From Candidatus Marinacidobacterium sp. (GTDB lineage Bacteria > Acidobacteriota > Vicinamibacteria > Marinacidobacterales > Marinacidobacteraceae): 64,000 nucleotides of DNA. The stretch is taken from assembly GCA_965220965.1 (NCBI GenBank), contig OZ244852.1, positions 544,001-608,000 on the forward strand. Direction: 5' to 3'. How positions within the stretch are numbered: the stretch's first letter is position 1; every line of letters starts with the position of its first letter. Positions 28,321 to 37,893 of the stretch are shown piece by piece. A program made the position numbers and the translations under genes. The notes beneath the pieces were generated by a model. That model ran no database searches. It was not told the origin of the DNA and was given only the letters and a program-made list of their open reading frames with translations.

Positions 28321-29346
28321 GTGGGGAACGCCGAAGCCCTCTTTCCGGGTCTGCCCGACCGGATCCAGGCGGCGGCGGAGCGGATCCGTCCGTTCGTTCT
28401 GGAGACCCCGTTCGAGGAGGCGCCCGCGTTCGTTCCGGACGGCGTGACGGCGGCCCGGCAGCGGATCCGGTGGAAGCTCGAGTGCTTCCAGGCGACCGGC
28501 TCCTTCAAGGCGCGCGGCGCGCTGAACCGGCTGCTGTGTCTGCGCGAGGAGAGCGGCCCCGGCGTTCTCGCCGACGGCGTCGTGACGGCTTCCTCCGGCA
28601 ACCACGGGCGGGCGACGGCCTACGGGCTGCTCCGCCTCGGCGGGCGCGGTCTGGTCTACCTGCCCCGGACCGTAGCCGCCTCGAAGCGCGCGGCCCTCGA
28701 GGACCGCTACGGCGAGGTCGTGGAGCTCCGACTCGTCGGAGAGGACGCGATCGAGGCCGAACTCGAGGCCCGCGCCGAGGCGGAGCGCAGCGGACGGCCG
28801 TTCGTCTCGCCTTACAACGACCTCGACATCATCGCCGGGCAGGGGACGGTCGGGCTCGAGATGGACCGCGAGCTTGCGGAAGAGCCGCTGGATGCGGTGC
28901 TGGTCCCCGTCGGCGGGGGCGGACTGATCGCCGGAATCGCCGCCTGGATGAAGCATGCGCGGCCCCGGGTCCGGGTGGTCGGTTGCCAGCCGCGGGCGTC
29001 AGCGGTCATGGCGGCCTCGGTCCGGGAGGGGCGCATCCTGGAATCGGGGAGCGAGGTGGCCTTCGACCCCACGCTCGCCGACGGGGTCGCGGGAGGCGTC
29101 GAGCCGGGGGCCATCACCCTCGATCTGTGCCGGCGCCTGGTGGATGACTGGGTCCTCGTCGGGGAAGACCGGATCGCCGGCGCGATGCGCTTCATTCACC
29201 GCGCCCGCTTCGCCGCGGTGGAGGGCTCCGCGGCGCTCCCGGTGGCGGCGCTCGGCGACCTCGATCCGACGCCGGAGTCGGCCGGCCTCGTGCTCTCCGG
29301 CGCCGGCGTCAGCGCCGCCGGGCTCCGGATCCTGGCCGGGGACTGA
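28321..29346 (+). CDS. PLP-dependent threonine/serine dehydratase (PALP family, no regulatory domain)
   Basis: KLECFQATGSFKARGA, TASSGNHG, SPYND and GGGGL motifs. Start uncertain (28261 or 28321). Confidence 0.88.
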   Translation: MGNAEALFPGLPDRIQAAAERIRPFVLETPFEEAPAFVPDGVTAARQRIRWKLECFQATGSFKARGALNRLLCLREESGPGVLADGVVTASSGNHGRATAYGLLRLGGRGLVYLPRTVAASKRAALEDRYGEVVELRLVGEDAIEAELEARAEAERSGRPFVSPYNDLDIIAGQGTVGLEMDRELAEEPLDAVLVPVGGGGLIAGIAAWMKHARPRVRVVGCQPRASAVMAASVREGRILESGSEVAFDPTLADGVAGGVEPGAITLDLCRRLVDDWVLVGEDRIAGAMRFIHRARFAAVEGSAALPVAALGDLDPTPESAGLVLSGAGVSAAGLRILAGD

Positions 29347-29374
29347 GCGAAGTCCGGCGCTCCCGGAGGCGCCC

Positions 29375-29890
29375 TTACTGCGAGTTCGCCGAGGGGGAAG
29401 CCTTCGGGGGCGGCGCGTGCGGGGTGTTCGTCGTGATCAGGAGCGTCGAGAGCAGCACGCCGATGATGCCCACCCACAGGAGCGGCCCGCCCCGCAGCGT
29501 TCCCCCGGAGCGCAGCACGGTCCAGAGCGCGGTCACGGTCACCGCGCCCCCGAAGACGACCGGCATCACCGCGTGCGGGATGCGCGCCCCCCCGGTGAAC
29601 ATGGCGAGCGTCAGGCCGAAGGCCCCGGCGGCGCCCAGCAGCCCGGCAGTGAACCCCCACGCCAGCGTGCTTCCCCCGAGCGGGGTGAACGAGAAGCTGT
29701 CCCCCCGCGCCCACATGCCGACGAGGCCGCCGAGGATGGCCACCACCAGGTAGGCGATCCCGATGCCCACATACGGCTTGAACGGGCTCGCTGCGGCGTC
29801 CGCCAGCCGGGCCTGCCCGAGCGTGGGGCCGTAGAGGCCCCAGGCGAGCGCCGTCACCAGCGCGAAGAGGAAGGGGAGCAGATTGCGCAA
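29375..29890 (-). CDS. Conserved-looking small integral membrane protein (EamA/DMT-like half)
   Basis: About 5 TM segments, WGLYGP and VMPVVFGGA motifs; GGAGG RBS before a TTG start. Confidence 0.65.
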   Translation of the reverse strand: MRNLLPFLFALVTALAWGLYGPTLGQARLADAAASPFKPYVGIGIAYLVVAILGGLVGMWARGDSFSFTPLGGSTLAWGFTAGLLGAAGAFGLTLAMFTGGARIPHAVMPVVFGGAVTVTALWTVLRSGGTLRGGPLLWVGIIGVLLSTLLITTNTPHAPPPKASPSANSQ

Positions 29891-29985
29891 GGTGCGGCCT
29901 CCGGGAGCGCCGATGATACGGGGAACGGCGGGAAATGCGGGCCGGGGCGGCGCGCTTCCGCGAGGCCTGCTCTAGGCTTGCCGCG

Positions 29986-31131
29986 ATGCGCGCGTCCCCG
30001 GAGCTGGCCGCCCTGGCGGAGGCCGGCGCCGTCCCGGGACCGCGCGGGTTCCTGCCGCCGTACGAGCCGCTGACCCGGCTTCCGGCGGAGTTCGCGGCGT
30101 GGGAGGACGTCGCGGCCGAGCTTCCCGCCCGACTCGTCACCGGCCGGATCCGCGACGACCTCCGGACGCTCCCGGCCCTCGATCCCGCGACGCTCGGCGA
30201 TGGACCCGAGGCGGAGCGGGCCATGCTCCTGCTGAGCCTGTTCGCCGGCGTCTTCGTCCACGCCACCGATCCCCCGGAGCTGCGCCTCCCGCCCGCCCTC
30301 GCGCGGCCGCTGGTGGCGCTTTCGCGTCGGCTGGGACGCCCCCCGGTTCTCTCGCACCAGAGCCTCGCGATGCACAACTGGCGACGGCTCGACCCCGAGG
30401 GACCGATCGTTCTGGAGAACCTCGCGAACCTCGCCGGGGCGCACGGAAGCACCGACGAGACCTGGTTCCTCACCGTCGCCGTCGCCATCGAGGCCGAGGG
30501 AGGCCGGATCCCGGCGCTCGCCGTCCGGGCCGCCGGCGCGGCGGCCGCCGGCGACGCGGAGGCCGTCACCGACGATCTGGGCAAACTCGAGGGGACGATC
30601 CGGCGCGTCACCCGGCTCACCGATCGCACCCGCGAGGCGTGCGACCCCCACGTCTTCTACCGGCGGGTCCGTCCCCAGTTCTCGGGGTGGTCTCCTCCCG
30701 GGGTGCTCTATGAGGGGACGGATGTCAGCGAGCCGCTCGTCCTCGCCGGGGGGAGCGCCGCCCAGAGCCCGCTGGTCCAGTTGTTCGACGCGCTGCTCTC
30801 GGTGGCGCATCCGCCCGCGGCGCGCCGCGTCCACCTCGACATGCGCCGCTACATGCGCCCCGCCCACCGCCGCTTCGTGGCGGCGGTGGAGAGCGATGGC
30901 TCCGTTCGCCGCCTCGCCGAATCGGCCGCGGCCCCTTCGCTGCGGCGGGCCTACGACGCTGCGGTGGAAGCGCTGGAAGAGCTGCGGACCGTTCACTTCG
31001 CGCTCGTCCGCGACTACATCTCGCGGCAGGCGGCGCCCGGAACCGCGGCCCGCGGGACCGGGGGAACCGACTACGGCTCGTTCCTGGGCGCGGCGCTCGA
31101 AGGAACGGAACGGGCGCGGTTCGGCGACTGA
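29986..31131 (+). CDS. Indoleamine 2,3-dioxygenase (IDO family heme dioxygenase)
   Basis: RGFLP, NWR, DETWF...AIE, GGSAAQS, DMRRYMRPAHRRF, proximal HFALVRDYI and GTGGTDYGSFL motifs, collinear with animal/fungal IDO. ATG 29986 lies 7 nt after TAGGCT; ATG 29935 is the alternative start. Confidence 0.9.
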   Translation: MRASPELAALAEAGAVPGPRGFLPPYEPLTRLPAEFAAWEDVAAELPARLVTGRIRDDLRTLPALDPATLGDGPEAERAMLLLSLFAGVFVHATDPPELRLPPALARPLVALSRRLGRPPVLSHQSLAMHNWRRLDPEGPIVLENLANLAGAHGSTDETWFLTVAVAIEAEGGRIPALAVRAAGAAAAGDAEAVTDDLGKLEGTIRRVTRLTDRTREACDPHVFYRRVRPQFSGWSPPGVLYEGTDVSEPLVLAGGSAAQSPLVQLFDALLSVAHPPAARRVHLDMRRYMRPAHRRFVAAVESDGSVRRLAESAAAPSLRRAYDAAVEALEELRTVHFALVRDYISRQAAPGTAARGTGGTDYGSFLGAALEGTERARFGD

Positions 31132-31143
31132 CGCGCCGGGCGC

Positions 31144-32793
31144 TCAGACCCCGGTCGTCACCGCGCCCCGGCTGGCCGAGGAGACCCCGCGGGCGTACTT
31201 GGCGAGGACGCCGGTCGCGAATCCGGGTCCGGGCGGCGCCGCCGCGCTTCGCGAATCCGCGTCCGCCATCTCCACATCGAGGCGGCGCGCCTCGAGGTCG
31301 ATCGTGATCCGGTCCCCGTCGCGCACCAGGCCGATCGGGCCTCCGGCGGCGGCCTCGGGCGCCACGTGGCCCACCATGAAGCCGTGGGTCGCCCCGCTGA
31401 AGCGGCCGTCGGTGACCAGCGCCACGCTGTCCCCGAGTCCCCGCCCGATGACCGCGGCGGTGACGCCCAGCATCTCGCGCATGCCGGGGCCCCCGCGCGG
31501 CCCCTCGTAGCGGATCACGATCACGTCCCCGGGTTGCACAGCGCCGGCCTGGACGGCTTCGAAGGCGGCCTCTTCGGAATCGAACACCCGCGCCGGCCCC
31601 TCGTGGCGGGTGCGGTTGTGGCCCGCCAGCTTCAGCACGCACCCCTCCGGCGCGAGCGAGCCGGTCAGGATCGCGAGGCCGCCGCGAGCCTTCACCGGCG
31701 CGCTCGAAGGACGGATCACCTCCTGTCCCGGCGTCTCGGCGGCGGCGTCCGCCAGTTCGCGGAGCGAGCGTCCGGACACGGTCGGGGTGTCTTTCAGAAG
31801 GTCCAGCTCGAAGAGCCGCCGCGCCAGGAGGCGCATCCCCCCGGCCGCCTCCATGTCGGGGGCGGTGAACCGGCCTCCGGGCTTCAGGTCGGTGAGCACC
31901 GGGGTCCGGGCCCCGACGGCGTCGAGGTCGTCGAGCGTCAGCTCGGCGCCCGCCTCGTGGGCGATGGCGAGGAGATGGAGCACCGCGTTCGTCGAGCCGG
32001 CGGTGGCCGAGGCCGAGGTCCAGGCGTTCAGGAGCGCCTCCCGGGTGAGGAACTGGCGCGCCGTCTTCCCTTCGCGGACGAGGTCCATGACCCGTTCGCC
32101 GACCTTGCGCGCCACCCCCCGCTTTCTCGGGTCCACCGCCGGGATCTCGTTCCCGACCATCGGCGAAATGCCGAGGAAGGCGGTCGCCACCGACATCGTG
32201 TTCGCGGTGAACTGGCCCCCGCACGCCCCGGCGCCGGGGCAGGCGGCCCCTTCGATCTCGCGAAGGTCGGCGTCGCTCATCGTCCCGGCGGCGTGCGCGC
32301 CGACCGCCTCGAAGACGTCCTGGATCGTGACCGACTCTCCCCGGAACCGGCCGGACGCGATCGAGCCTCCGTAGAGCATGAGCGAGGGCAGGTCGAGCCG
32401 CGCCAGCGCCATGACCGTGCCCGGGATCGTCTTGTCGCAGCCGGAGATCGCTACGACCCCGTCGAACAGGTGCCCCCGGGTCACGAGTTCGATCGAGTCG
32501 GCGACGACTTCGCGGGACACCAGCGAAGCTCGCATCCCTGACGACCCCATCGCGATGCCGTCGGTCACCACGACCGTGTTGAACTCGAGGGGAACCCCGC
32601 CGGCGGCGCGCACCCCCGCCTTGATCTCCTCGGCGAGGCCCCGGAGGTGGACGTTGCAGGGCGTGATTTCGGTCCAGGTGTTCGCGATCCCGATGAGCGG
32701 CTTGCCGAAGTCCTCATCGGTCAGCCCCACCGCGCGCCACATGGCGCGGGCGGGAGCGCGGCTGGGACCGCTCTTGATTTCGTCGCTGCGCAT
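31144..32793 (-). CDS. ilvD: Dihydroxy-acid dehydratase
   Basis: PCNVHL, DGIAMG, GCDKTIPG, GACGGQFTANTM, GSTNAVLHL and TDGRFSG motifs. Confidence 0.96.
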   Translation of the reverse strand: MRSDEIKSGPSRAPARAMWRAVGLTDEDFGKPLIGIANTWTEITPCNVHLRGLAEEIKAGVRAAGGVPLEFNTVVVTDGIAMGSSGMRASLVSREVVADSIELVTRGHLFDGVVAISGCDKTIPGTVMALARLDLPSLMLYGGSIASGRFRGESVTIQDVFEAVGAHAAGTMSDADLREIEGAACPGAGACGGQFTANTMSVATAFLGISPMVGNEIPAVDPRKRGVARKVGERVMDLVREGKTARQFLTREALLNAWTSASATAGSTNAVLHLLAIAHEAGAELTLDDLDAVGARTPVLTDLKPGGRFTAPDMEAAGGMRLLARRLFELDLLKDTPTVSGRSLRELADAAAETPGQEVIRPSSAPVKARGGLAILTGSLAPEGCVLKLAGHNRTRHEGPARVFDSEEAAFEAVQAGAVQPGDVIVIRYEGPRGGPGMREMLGVTAAVIGRGLGDSVALVTDGRFSGATHGFMVGHVAPEAAAGGPIGLVRDGDRITIDLEARRLDVEMADADSRSAAAPPGPGFATGVLAKYARGVSSASRGAVTTGV

Positions 32794-32866
32794 CGCCCCG
32801 ATCTCCTTGGGCGGCCGGCCTCCTTCCCTCCGGCGGGGCGGCCGCGCGCCGCTACTCTCTCACGGA

Positions 32867-33805
32867 GTGTCCGGCGTCGAACCGCCTGCGGAGGGCCGGC
32901 CCCGGTTCCTGGTATTCGGCGCCGGCGCCACCGGGAGCGTCTTCGCCGCCCGGCTCGCCGCCCGTCATCCGGTCGCGGTCGTGGCGCGGGGCGCGCGTCT
33001 CGAGCGGATCCGCGCCGAGGGTCTACGCGTCGAGGGAGCGACCGAGGCGGCCGTCCGGCTCCCGGCGGAGCCGTCGCCCGCGGCGCTGTCCGGCTTCCGG
33101 CCCGACTTCGTGCTGGTGAGCGTCAAGGCCGGAGACACCGACGCGGCGGCCGCCTCGCTGGCGCCGCTGGGACGCGCTCCGGTCCGGGTTTCGCTCCAGA
33201 ACGGGCTCGGGAACGAGGAGGCCCTCGCCGAGGGCGGCCATCCGGTGATCGGGGCCGTTTCGAACAATGGCGCGACGCTCCGCGCGGACGGCGCGGTGTT
33301 CCACGCCGGTTTCGGCGAGGTCATCCTGGGCGCATTCGCCGGAAGCTCGCAGAGCGCAGCGGAACGGTTGGCGGCCTGCCTGTCGGATGCCGGATTCCCG
33401 GTCCGGCGCGTCGAGGAGGTTCGGAACGCCCTCTGGGACAAGGCGCTCCTGAACGCGGCGGCGAACCCGGTGACCGCGCTGCTCGGGTTGCGGACCGGTC
33501 AACTCCTGGAGCGGCCCGGGGTCTGGACCGTCGTGCGCCGGGTCGTGGCGGAGGGCGTCGCGGTGGCCCGCGCCGAGGGAATCCCCGCCACCGAAGCCGA
33601 GGTCCTCGAACGGATCCGGTCGGTGGCGCGCGCCACCGCGGAGAACCGCTCGAGCATGCTGCAGGACCTCGAGCGCGGCGCCCGGACCGAGATCGAGGCG
33701 ATCACCGGCGTGATCGTGGCCCGCGCCGCCGCCCACGGGCTGCCCGCGCCCTGGAACCGGCTCATGCTCCGGCTGGTCCGCGCCCGCGAGCGCGGCGCAA
33801 CCTGA
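32867..33805 (+). CDS. panE: 2-dehydropantoate 2-reductase (ketopantoate reductase)
   Basis: GAGATG Rossmann motif, LQNGLG, WDKALLN and SSMLQD...TEIE motifs; GTG start. Confidence 0.9.
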   Translation: MSGVEPPAEGRPRFLVFGAGATGSVFAARLAARHPVAVVARGARLERIRAEGLRVEGATEAAVRLPAEPSPAALSGFRPDFVLVSVKAGDTDAAAASLAPLGRAPVRVSLQNGLGNEEALAEGGHPVIGAVSNNGATLRADGAVFHAGFGEVILGAFAGSSQSAAERLAACLSDAGFPVRRVEEVRNALWDKALLNAAANPVTALLGLRTGQLLERPGVWTVVRRVVAEGVAVARAEGIPATEAEVLERIRSVARATAENRSSMLQDLERGARTEIEAITGVIVARAAAHGLPAPWNRLMLRLVRARERGAT

Positions 33806-33847
33806 GGGGCTCCCGCCCGGGAGGGATCGGGCCGGAGCCGGCGGAAG

Positions 33848-34195
33848 TCAGGCGTCCGGATGCGCCGGGACGCCCGTCTCATGGGAGAGCCGGGGCGTCA
33901 CCGACCTGGTGATTTCCTTTCCGTTCGCGGCCTCCGCCTGACGCAGCTCCCACGTCTTCTGGAGGTTGAGCCACAACTGCGGCGTCGTCCCGAAGTACCG
34001 CGCCAGCCGGAGCGCGGTGTCCGCGCTCACGCCCCGCCGGCCGTTCAGGATGCCGGTCACCCGATTCGCCGGAACGTCCAGCGCCCGCGCCAACCCGTTC
34101 GCCGAGAGCTGGAGTTCATTCAGTTCGTCCCGCAGGATTTCTCCGGGATGGACCGCTCTCATGCCATGGCCCGGCTTCATGACTCTTGCCCTCAT
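33848..34195 (-). CDS. higA: HigA family antitoxin (XRE HTH)
   Basis: HPGEILRDEL...LARAL.VPANRVT.ILNG.RGVSADTALRLARYFGTTPQLWLNLQ. Confidence 0.92.
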   Translation of the reverse strand: MRARVMKPGHGMRAVHPGEILRDELNELQLSANGLARALDVPANRVTGILNGRRGVSADTALRLARYFGTTPQLWLNLQKTWELRQAEAANGKEITRSVTPRLSHETGVPAHPDA

Positions 34196-34242
34196 GTTTC
34201 CGCCGGCGCGAGGGTAGCGCCGCCTGACCCGGGAGCGCTCCG

Positions 34243-34809
34243 TCAGCGAGGGGGACGGGGGCGCGCCGGCCTTCCCAGGGACAGGACCTCGTATTCCGGC
34301 TCGACCTCGTCGTAGTCGACCCATTTGGGGCTGTTCATGCCCCGGGGGAGGAGTTCCCGCAGCCGCTTCTTCAGGGCTTCCGGCGCAAGCGGCGCCGCCT
34401 GATAGATAATGAGCCCGATGGCGTAGAAGACGGCGAGATCGAGGAAAAAATTGAGGATCCCCTCGCCCAGCGCTTCCGCAGTCCTCGGGCCCAGGGGCTC
34501 CCCGCCCCTGCCGGAACTCAGGTACCCAAATCCCAACCCGGGACCCGGCAGGAGAGTGGACACCAGCGTCGACTTGTTCGGGGTGCGTTCGTAGAGGCCG
34601 ATGGCGCCGATGGAAAAGAAGAGCCCCATCGCCAGGCCTCGCTCCGGGTCCAGCAGCCCCCAGGGAAACGCGAAGAGCACCATCGCCCAGAGGGCGTAGA
34701 AGGACACCGGGTCGCGTCCCTTCAGGAAGGTGGAGATCGCGGACCAGGGGCTCTTTTCGCCCTTGCCGGGAGCGGCGCGTTCCGGCCATCCTCCGGACTC
34801 CGGCTTCAC
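34243..34809 (-). CDS. Hypothetical membrane protein
   Basis: Open frame with 3-4 hydrophobic segments; GTG 34809 overlaps the sulfurtransferase stop (GTGA). Confidence 0.55.
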   Translation of the reverse strand: MKPESGGWPERAAPGKGEKSPWSAISTFLKGRDPVSFYALWAMVLFAFPWGLLDPERGLAMGLFFSIGAIGLYERTPNKSTLVSTLLPGPGLGFGYLSSGRGGEPLGPRTAEALGEGILNFFLDLAVFYAIGLIIYQAAPLAPEALKKRLRELLPRGMNSPKWVDYDEVEPEYEVLSLGRPARPRPPR

Positions 34810-35678
34810 GAGGCGGTCGCCTCCGGTCCCCGGCCGACCGGACGGGAGGGATCGGCGCACCACTCGGACCAGGAGCCCGAATACACCGCGACCCCCGTCG
34901 CTCCGGCCAGCTCGAGCGCCAGCGCGTTGTGCGCCGCGGTGAGGCCCGATCCGCAGTAGCAGACGACCGGTCGTCCGCGCCTCCCGGCGAGCGCCGGCCC
35001 GAGCCGCTCCTTCAGCTCCCCGGGCGTCAGGAAGCGGCCTCCGTCCCCCAGGTTCCCGCGCCAGAGGTGGTTCCGGGCGCCGGGGATCCGTCCGGCGACC
35101 GGATCGATCGGCTCCTGCTCGCCGCGAAAGCGCTCGGGTTCGCGCGCGTCGAGGAGCACATGCCGCCGGTCCGCGAGTCCCGTCTCGACCTCCTTCACGC
35201 CGATCGCCATCCCGGCCACTGGTTGCGCGACGAACCGCGCCGGCGCCCGCTTCACCTCACCCGGAACGAGCGATCCGCCAGCTTCCGTCCACGCGGAAAG
35301 CCCGCCGTCGAGGACCGCCGCCCCCCGGTGGCCGAGATAGCGGAGCGACCACCAGAGACGGGCGGCGAACATCGCCGAGGCGTCATCACAGGCCACGACG
35401 CGGGTTCCGGCACCGATTCCCAGCCGGCCGAAGACTTCGGCGAGACGCTCGGGCGAGGGCAGGGGATGGCGGCCATTCGTCCCGGTCTTCGGCGCCGAGA
35501 GGTCCGTGTCGGTGTCGGCGAAGACCGCCCCGGGAATGTGTCCTTCGAGGTAGCGCGCGCGACCCCACGCCGGGTCCATCAGGTTGCACCGGACATCCAC
35601 CACGAGGAGGTCGGGGTCGGCCCCCAGCCGGTCCAGCAGCCACCCGGCCGACACCAGGGGGCCGAAGGCCGCAGGCAT
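34806..35678 (-). CDS. Two-domain rhodanese / 3-mercaptopyruvate sulfurtransferase (SseA-like)
   Basis: GHIPGAVF, GRHPLP, RLWW, LDAR...RF.G, YCGSGLTA active site and YSGSWSEW motifs. Confidence 0.93.
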   Translation of the reverse strand: MPAAFGPLVSAGWLLDRLGADPDLLVVDVRCNLMDPAWGRARYLEGHIPGAVFADTDTDLSAPKTGTNGRHPLPSPERLAEVFGRLGIGAGTRVVACDDASAMFAARLWWSLRYLGHRGAAVLDGGLSAWTEAGGSLVPGEVKRAPARFVAQPVAGMAIGVKEVETGLADRRHVLLDAREPERFRGEQEPIDPVAGRIPGARNHLWRGNLGDGGRFLTPGELKERLGPALAGRRGRPVVCYCGSGLTAAHNALALELAGATGVAVYSGSWSEWCADPSRPVGRGPEATAS

Positions 35679-35709
35679 GGGCGCGAAAGGACCGGAGCCG
35701 CGCGGCGCC

Positions 35710-37782
35710 TCAGTTGTCGTCGGTGGTCTCGCCGGGCTCCCGGAGGCGGACCGCCCACAGGCCGCTGTTGAAGTCGGCGAGGAAGATCGTTCCCTTGTGG
35801 GGTTGGGGACCCCAGGTGAAGGCGGCGTTCGCAAGGAAGCCCTCGTTGTCCTCCGGGAAGAACCGGGCGATCTCCCGGTCCTGCCGGTAGAGGTCCCCGA
35901 GGAGTTCGCCGGAGACATCCACGATCCGGAGCCCGGCGTCGAAGTAGCCCACGTACATGATCTCCTCCTCCCAGTCGACCCACAGGTTGTGCGGTCCGGA
36001 GTCGGGAAGCTGGAAGCGGGCCACTTCCTCCGGGTTCGCCGGGTCGGTGAAGTCCACGAAGTGGAGCCACCCCTTGGCGCGCGAGGGAATCCCCTCCCTC
36101 CAGAGGATTCCGCCGCCGTCGGGCCGCCTCGGGCTCAGGTGGAAGGCCTCGTCCCCGCCGATGACGTAGAGCTTGCCGGTGGAGGGGCTCCGGAACGGCC
36201 ACACCGCGTGGTTCCAGCCGGTGATCTGCGGGAATCGCCCCATCTCCACCGGGGTGTTCGGGCTGCCGCCCATGCCGCCGCCTCCCACGTCCACCAGGAT
36301 GAGCCCGTCGGTCCGGCCCGCCTGGTAGGCGATCCCGTCCCGAACCCACACGTCGTGGACCGAGCGCCCCGGCGTCTCCGTCTCGTAGCGCGACACCCGG
36401 AACGGGTTCCGGGGATCCTCGACGTTCACCACGTCCCAGCGGCGGCCGTTGTTGACCGCGTAGACGTGGTTGTTGTCGAGGAACACGTTGTGGACGCCGC
36501 CGGTCAGCCCCTGGTCGAAGGCCGACAGGATCTCGACGTTCCTCGGATCGGTGCAGTCCAGCAGCACGAAGCCGTTGCGCCGGTTCGAGGCGCCCTCGCG
36601 GCTGATCACGCACACCGTTCCATCCTCGGACACCTTGACGTCGTTCACCGTCCGGGCGTCCACCTGGACCGTGTCGATCAGCTCCATGTTGCGCGGGTCG
36701 GTCACGTCGTAGAAGTAGGCGTGTCCCTCGGCGTTCCAGGTTCCGTGGACCGCGTAGTCGCGCCCGTCCACGCCCTCCCAGACCCAGAAGTCGGCGGTCA
36801 CGCGGTCGGACACCCGCGCCTGCCCGAGGAACTCGATCTCCCGCTTCACGTTCCGCGGGACGACGCGGACGCTCTGTCGCGCCAGCCGGTCGCCGCTCAT
36901 CGCGACCACGGTGTAGACGCCCGGCTGCTCCGCCACGAACCTTCCGTCGGCCATCACCTGCGCCGGCGCGCCGGCGCCCAGCGACTCGGGACGGAACGGA
37001 TCCGGGCGTGACTCGACCGCGAACCGGACCGCCGGCCCCTCGATCTCGTTGCCAGCCTGATCCACCGTCGAGGCGCGGAAGCGCACCACGTCGCCGACCC
37101 GGACTTCGGACGCTTCCGGCGCCTCGAGGACGACCTCGGCCGTCGGGTTCGGCAGCACCTGGACGTCGTGGTAGATCGTCATCTCCCCGCTCATCGCGGC
37201 GACCTGGACCGTCCCCTCCTGGAGGAACGACACGAGCCCGAAGTCATCCACCTGCGCGATGCTCGCGTCGCTCGTTCCGTAGCCGGCGTCGATCCCGTGA
37301 AGCACCTCGCCAGCCGAGTCGCGCCCGGCGAGGGAGAAGCGCACTTCGGTGCCGGCCCACGCCCGCCACGGCGGGTCCTCGAAGAAGATGTGGGTCATCG
37401 GCGCCGCGAGGACCGTCACCGTCATCTCGGCCCGGATTCCGGGAGCGGACCGGCTGTAGCTGTCCGGGTCCCCTTCGAACGCCTGATCGGGCAGCAGCGC
37501 GGTCACCGGATGTTCCCCGGGCCGGTTGGCCGTCACGAACCCGGCGGGGGTCACGGTGAGCGCCATCCGGTTGCCGGAGAAGAACACGACCTGCGCCCCT
37601 TCCACCGGGTTCCCGGCCGCATCCGCCACCGTCGCGCGCAACTGGCCGGTCTCCCCGACTTCCAGCTCGAGCGACGCCGGCTCGATCGTGATGGACGGCG
37701 CGTCTGGCGCCTGCGCCGCGGCGGCGCCGAGCGCCAGCAGGAGACTTCCGGTCAGAAGCGCGAGTACACGGGAACGGGACAT
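35710..37782 (-). CDS. Secreted Ig-like (Big_2) + LVIVD-repeat protein
   Basis: Signal peptide, three Ig-like segments, then YDVTDP/LDCTDP/VNVEDP/VDFTDP/LRIVDVS repeats with His motifs (VHN, VHD, NHA, PHN). Confidence 0.8.
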   Translation of the reverse strand: MSRSRVLALLTGSLLLALGAAAAQAPDAPSITIEPASLELEVGETGQLRATVADAAGNPVEGAQVVFFSGNRMALTVTPAGFVTANRPGEHPVTALLPDQAFEGDPDSYSRSAPGIRAEMTVTVLAAPMTHIFFEDPPWRAWAGTEVRFSLAGRDSAGEVLHGIDAGYGTSDASIAQVDDFGLVSFLQEGTVQVAAMSGEMTIYHDVQVLPNPTAEVVLEAPEASEVRVGDVVRFRASTVDQAGNEIEGPAVRFAVESRPDPFRPESLGAGAPAQVMADGRFVAEQPGVYTVVAMSGDRLARQSVRVVPRNVKREIEFLGQARVSDRVTADFWVWEGVDGRDYAVHGTWNAEGHAYFYDVTDPRNMELIDTVQVDARTVNDVKVSEDGTVCVISREGASNRRNGFVLLDCTDPRNVEILSAFDQGLTGGVHNVFLDNNHVYAVNNGRRWDVVNVEDPRNPFRVSRYETETPGRSVHDVWVRDGIAYQAGRTDGLILVDVGGGGMGGSPNTPVEMGRFPQITGWNHAVWPFRSPSTGKLYVIGGDEAFHLSPRRPDGGGILWREGIPSRAKGWLHFVDFTDPANPEEVARFQLPDSGPHNLWVDWEEEIMYVGYFDAGLRIVDVSGELLGDLYRQDREIARFFPEDNEGFLANAAFTWGPQPHKGTIFLADFNSGLWAVRLREPGETTDDN

Positions 37783-37893
37783 GGGCGGGCCTCCTCGTCT
37801 GTGCGAAATTAGCAGGGCGGCGCGCCGCCCTCCGACTCCCGTAGGATTCCCGTTCCAGGATTCCCCCCAGGACTCCCCTCGCCGCCCCCGAAC

